A stretch of 63,143 nt of DNA, the filler included, from Sphacelaria rigidula (lineage: Eukaryota), in the NCBI GenBank assembly GCA_964200075.2. It is 7 parts of 7 records of this genome, joined end to end, with 100 filler letters (N's around TTAATTAATTAA, not from the genome) between each part and the next. Parts side by side here need not be neighbours in the genome. Positions count along the whole stretch, not along the records: positions 54,210 to 63,143 come from CAXNAA020009712.1; 6 more parts are not named here. One strand, written 5' to 3'. The notes beneath the pieces are model-generated. The model was given only the letters and a program-made list of their open reading frames with translations, was not told the origin of the DNA and ran no database searches. The translations under genes were made by a program, and so were the position numbers. Numbering within the stretch: the stretch's first letter is position 1; each line of letters opens with the position of its first letter. This document shows positions 59,941 through 63,143 of the stretch, piece by piece.

Positions 59941-62900
59941 TCAATCAAGTGCTCGACACTCAATCTGGCGAATGGGTTGTCTACATACAGTCGACCCAAT
60001 CAGTATGATTTCATCAGAGTTCCTATACCCTCAACCTACTTGGTGATTACACACACTACAGCTTTTACTACGTTGAATCGGAACGTTTCCCAAGCGGTGC
60101 CGGTAGAGGCCTACTACTACATGGAACGTTCCGACCGCGAAGCTTGTGGGAGTAATCTCTCACAGCAGAAACATTTCTGCCAGATAAAAGTCAAGAGTGT
60201 CACAAACGCTCGCATTGCCACACATGTGCTCGAAATGACGGCCAGGATTGGAGGCGATGCAGTTGTGTATAATTCATGAATGATCGAACAAATCTTCATG
60301 GCGCCAAGAAGAGTAGCCCAGGCACGAGTGCCCGGTCTTGGTGCCAGTTTCGACGGGCAGGGGGCCGACGTAAACAACAATGCTAGCAAGATTTACCGCT
60401 GCCTCCGAGCGGATTTCGTATCTCATCTCTCTAGAATTGCCTTTAGAAAGTGATGTAATTTTCGGAATCACCGCAGCATCGTGCATAATCGTCCATTCAA
60501 GCCACGCAGCGGACAAAACGCCTTGATCCGCCGAAACTGCTGCGTCAACACTTACCTGCAGCCTCAAGCGGCATATGGGTTAAGTTTCAGCATCATCAGA
60601 CGCCAGGTGTGCTCTGTTAGAGTGCCTAATCTCCAAAAATACCGCCTTCATATTATTGAAAAGGAACAACATTGTAGACAGATGTGGATCGGCCCACGCC
60701 TTTTCAGCCGAAAACGGATCTAGGCAAAACACAGGTACGAGCTCTACCCGCACGCGTGCTCCTCTGGAATCGATCGAAATCCAATCCCTACGCCGAGGCA
60801 AGTTGACAATGACCTACGCAGAGCACGGGATTCCACTTTCGCGAACTTCGGGCGCTTACGGACAAGACAGTGCCGCGGGCAACAAGGGCTGCGCACTAGG
60901 CCTCCTTTCGTCCTAGAGCGGGGTGGTTCGACAAACCGCCATGTACTAGTTTCATCCTATACCCTCTTTTTTCCACGGTTAGAGCGCCTTGTTGTCTGCA
61001 CCAAAGTAGGCCCTCTGGCCACCACTCTCCGCACCTGAAAAATTACTCTTCACGCCACCGCACGGTAGAACATTACAGGACCCAGAACATGTCCGACGTA
61101 TCTTCCCGCAGCCTGGAGACAGTCCACGCATACGCATACACCAGGCCTCGTCGGGATATCTAGCTGGTCGCTACCTCATGAAACAATGACAATGAAAGCC
61201 AACAATGATTTATCACGGTTTATTATTCTGCAACAGTCACAGAGACCCCAACGGAACCCGGTTGAACCGATTCGCTTGGCTCCGAGGTTTCGAGTACGAC
61301 CTCTGATCAATATTTGGGTGACCATGAAAAACTGCGAGGACGATGTAGAAAAACAAAAATCACAACACATTCTTGCAGACACCGTGCTTTTCCATGTCCA
61401 CCTCAAATATTGTTCAGGGGCCATTGCCGAAACCTCGGAGCCAAGGGAAACGGAAGAGTGGGCTAGCGTCCTGTCAGTGACGCGATGCAAAATGTCCAAG
61501 ACCTGTGGTAGCCATGTTCCCTGTTTACGGGCCAGAACCCGTGTCGGGTGTCCGAAAACTGAAAAAGTGCGCCCCCGGCCCAAAACTCCAACCGTGAGAA
61601 CCGATGTCATGGTGTGAAAAAAACACTTCTTGAAGTACCTATTGGAAGGAGATTTTGTGAGTACGTCCAACGGGAACGTAGATGTCTCGTTCACAGGGGC
61701 ATATACTAAGGCTTGCTGCATATCCCAACATAATCAGAGCACATGAAAAACGCGTTGCCCCCGAAAATCAAAAATACACACCTCGAGCCTTCGCTGTCCA
61801 TCAGCTCAGCACATTGTGCGTAACCAAATCTGTTGAGAATTCAGTGAAGAAAGATGGTTTGTGGGAGACGTGCGTGCAGCACGCGCACACAAACGGTCAG
61901 TAACGGCACGTCTTCCCTGGTGATTTGACACGCACGCGGCCGCCTTCCATTACAGAATGGACTTCCGTTGAAGACTGCCGTATGTAGATTAGCAACGGCT
62001 AGCGCTGCAGCTATTGCGAATGAGTGATAGGTGAACGTGCGTGTTCGTCGGGGCTCGGTGTGTACGTGTCGTGTTCCCTTGCTGCGTCTTGTCTGTGGCA
62101 GTACACAGGTGTTTACCACTTCCAGAGTCACGGCATATGTCAACATTGATTGCATCCGTGTGCACATCTGGGAACATCTGGGCGTCGACCCGGTAAACAC
62201 CTGCTTCTCCAGACGCTCAAACTGGACGTTGTGGGGGCAATCCCTTTTCCGAAAAGGGGTTATGCTCTTCGGAACAACTCGCCTGAGCCAAGGCTAACCG
62301 CAGAACCTGCCGCGGGTCTGTCGTAGTCATCCCGTCAACCCGACGAAGGATGGCATACGAGATGCTGTAGATACGCGGTGGATACCACTTGTGACACAAA
62401 AGCCCATTGTGAGAGCACAAGCCGAAAGACACCTATTAATTAGTCCATTACAGGACATGTGCATGTGCATTCTGTGTATAGCTATCGGGAAAGTGGGCCG
62501 ACCAACTGCACAGTCAGTTGAATGCTGAAGAAATTATATCTAAATGAGTCAATCAGTATCAATCACAAGTACACGCGTCACCTCGAAATCACGACCACGC
62601 TAACACAAAATGTACCATTACTTTAGTGCATTCTACAACAAACCTGTGACTGACGTTGCACCTGTACACAGGGTTACAACAACAGAAGGATAGAAGCTGC
62701 TGCTCGTGTTGTTGTTGTGCCCCTCTTGTTGCAGTATGTTGTTGTGCCTATCTTTCAACGCGGCTGAGTCGGCAACCAAGCAGAGGATTGGGCTCCGGTT
62801 TGATGTGCGCTCCCCACACACGGGAACTAGCGAATGAAGGGTCGGGTTCCCGGAACGCGCCCTGAAGAGGTCGCAGCACTTTGTAAACCGCTGCAACAAA

Positions 62901-63143
62901 CCCAAAATGTACTTGAAAACGCGTTCCTTCAACACTTTGGGGTTTTTGGGGTTCACTGTGGCGAATTGCTCAAATCGGTCCCTACAGTCGCTAGGTCTAG
63001 TGCGTGTGCGGGGGGTTGTGAAGTGCCACAGACTGGTTTGCTCCCTATCTCGAGAACGAGGCAATAAAAAAAAATCATGCGTCGGACGAGCACGAGTGTG
63101 ACTCGTGGCACTCGCACTTGTTGGGCTGCTCGTTGGCCGTAAA

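Noticed and set aside
61176..63101. Several 120-180-aa ORFs
   Set aside because: No recognisable motifs or consistent splice structure; overlapping ORFs on both strands are expected by chance at ~50% GC.

Overview
Eukaryotic, repeat-rich DNA with short GT-AG exons in kb-long introns and TTAGGG-like tracts; most likely a brown alga or other stramenopile (inference, not verified). The window is NOT one locus. Six identical 100-nt spacers (N44-TTAATTAATTAA-N44) split it into seven unlinked, size-sorted contigs of 8934-8935 nt. Four host gene fragments are present: an inositol-monophosphatase exon, four exons of an ABC-F/Uup-like ATPase, three exons of a bacterial-type SMP-30/gluconolactonase-like beta-propeller and two exons of a SOUL heme-binding protein. 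Mobile DNA dominates: a near-complete tyrosine-recombinase (DIRS/Ngaro-type) retrotransposon, two decayed copies of one Ty3/Gypsy lineage, a LINE RT fragment, a tRNA-derived SINE (6 copies), an (ATCA)n-tailed retroposon end (4 copies) and several MITE families. The MITEs are GAG..CTC with 4-bp TSD (Sola-like), TTAA/CCC..GGG (piggyBac-type), and an AAC..GTT, 4-bp-TSD family I cannot assign to a superfamily. The best novelty candidates are that AAC..GTT family (one copy splits the recombinase active site), a ~50-aa insertion in the DIRS RT palm, the intron-containing bacterial-type propeller gene, and decayed unidentified coding regions in contigs 2 and 5. I found no convincing new multi-gene system.
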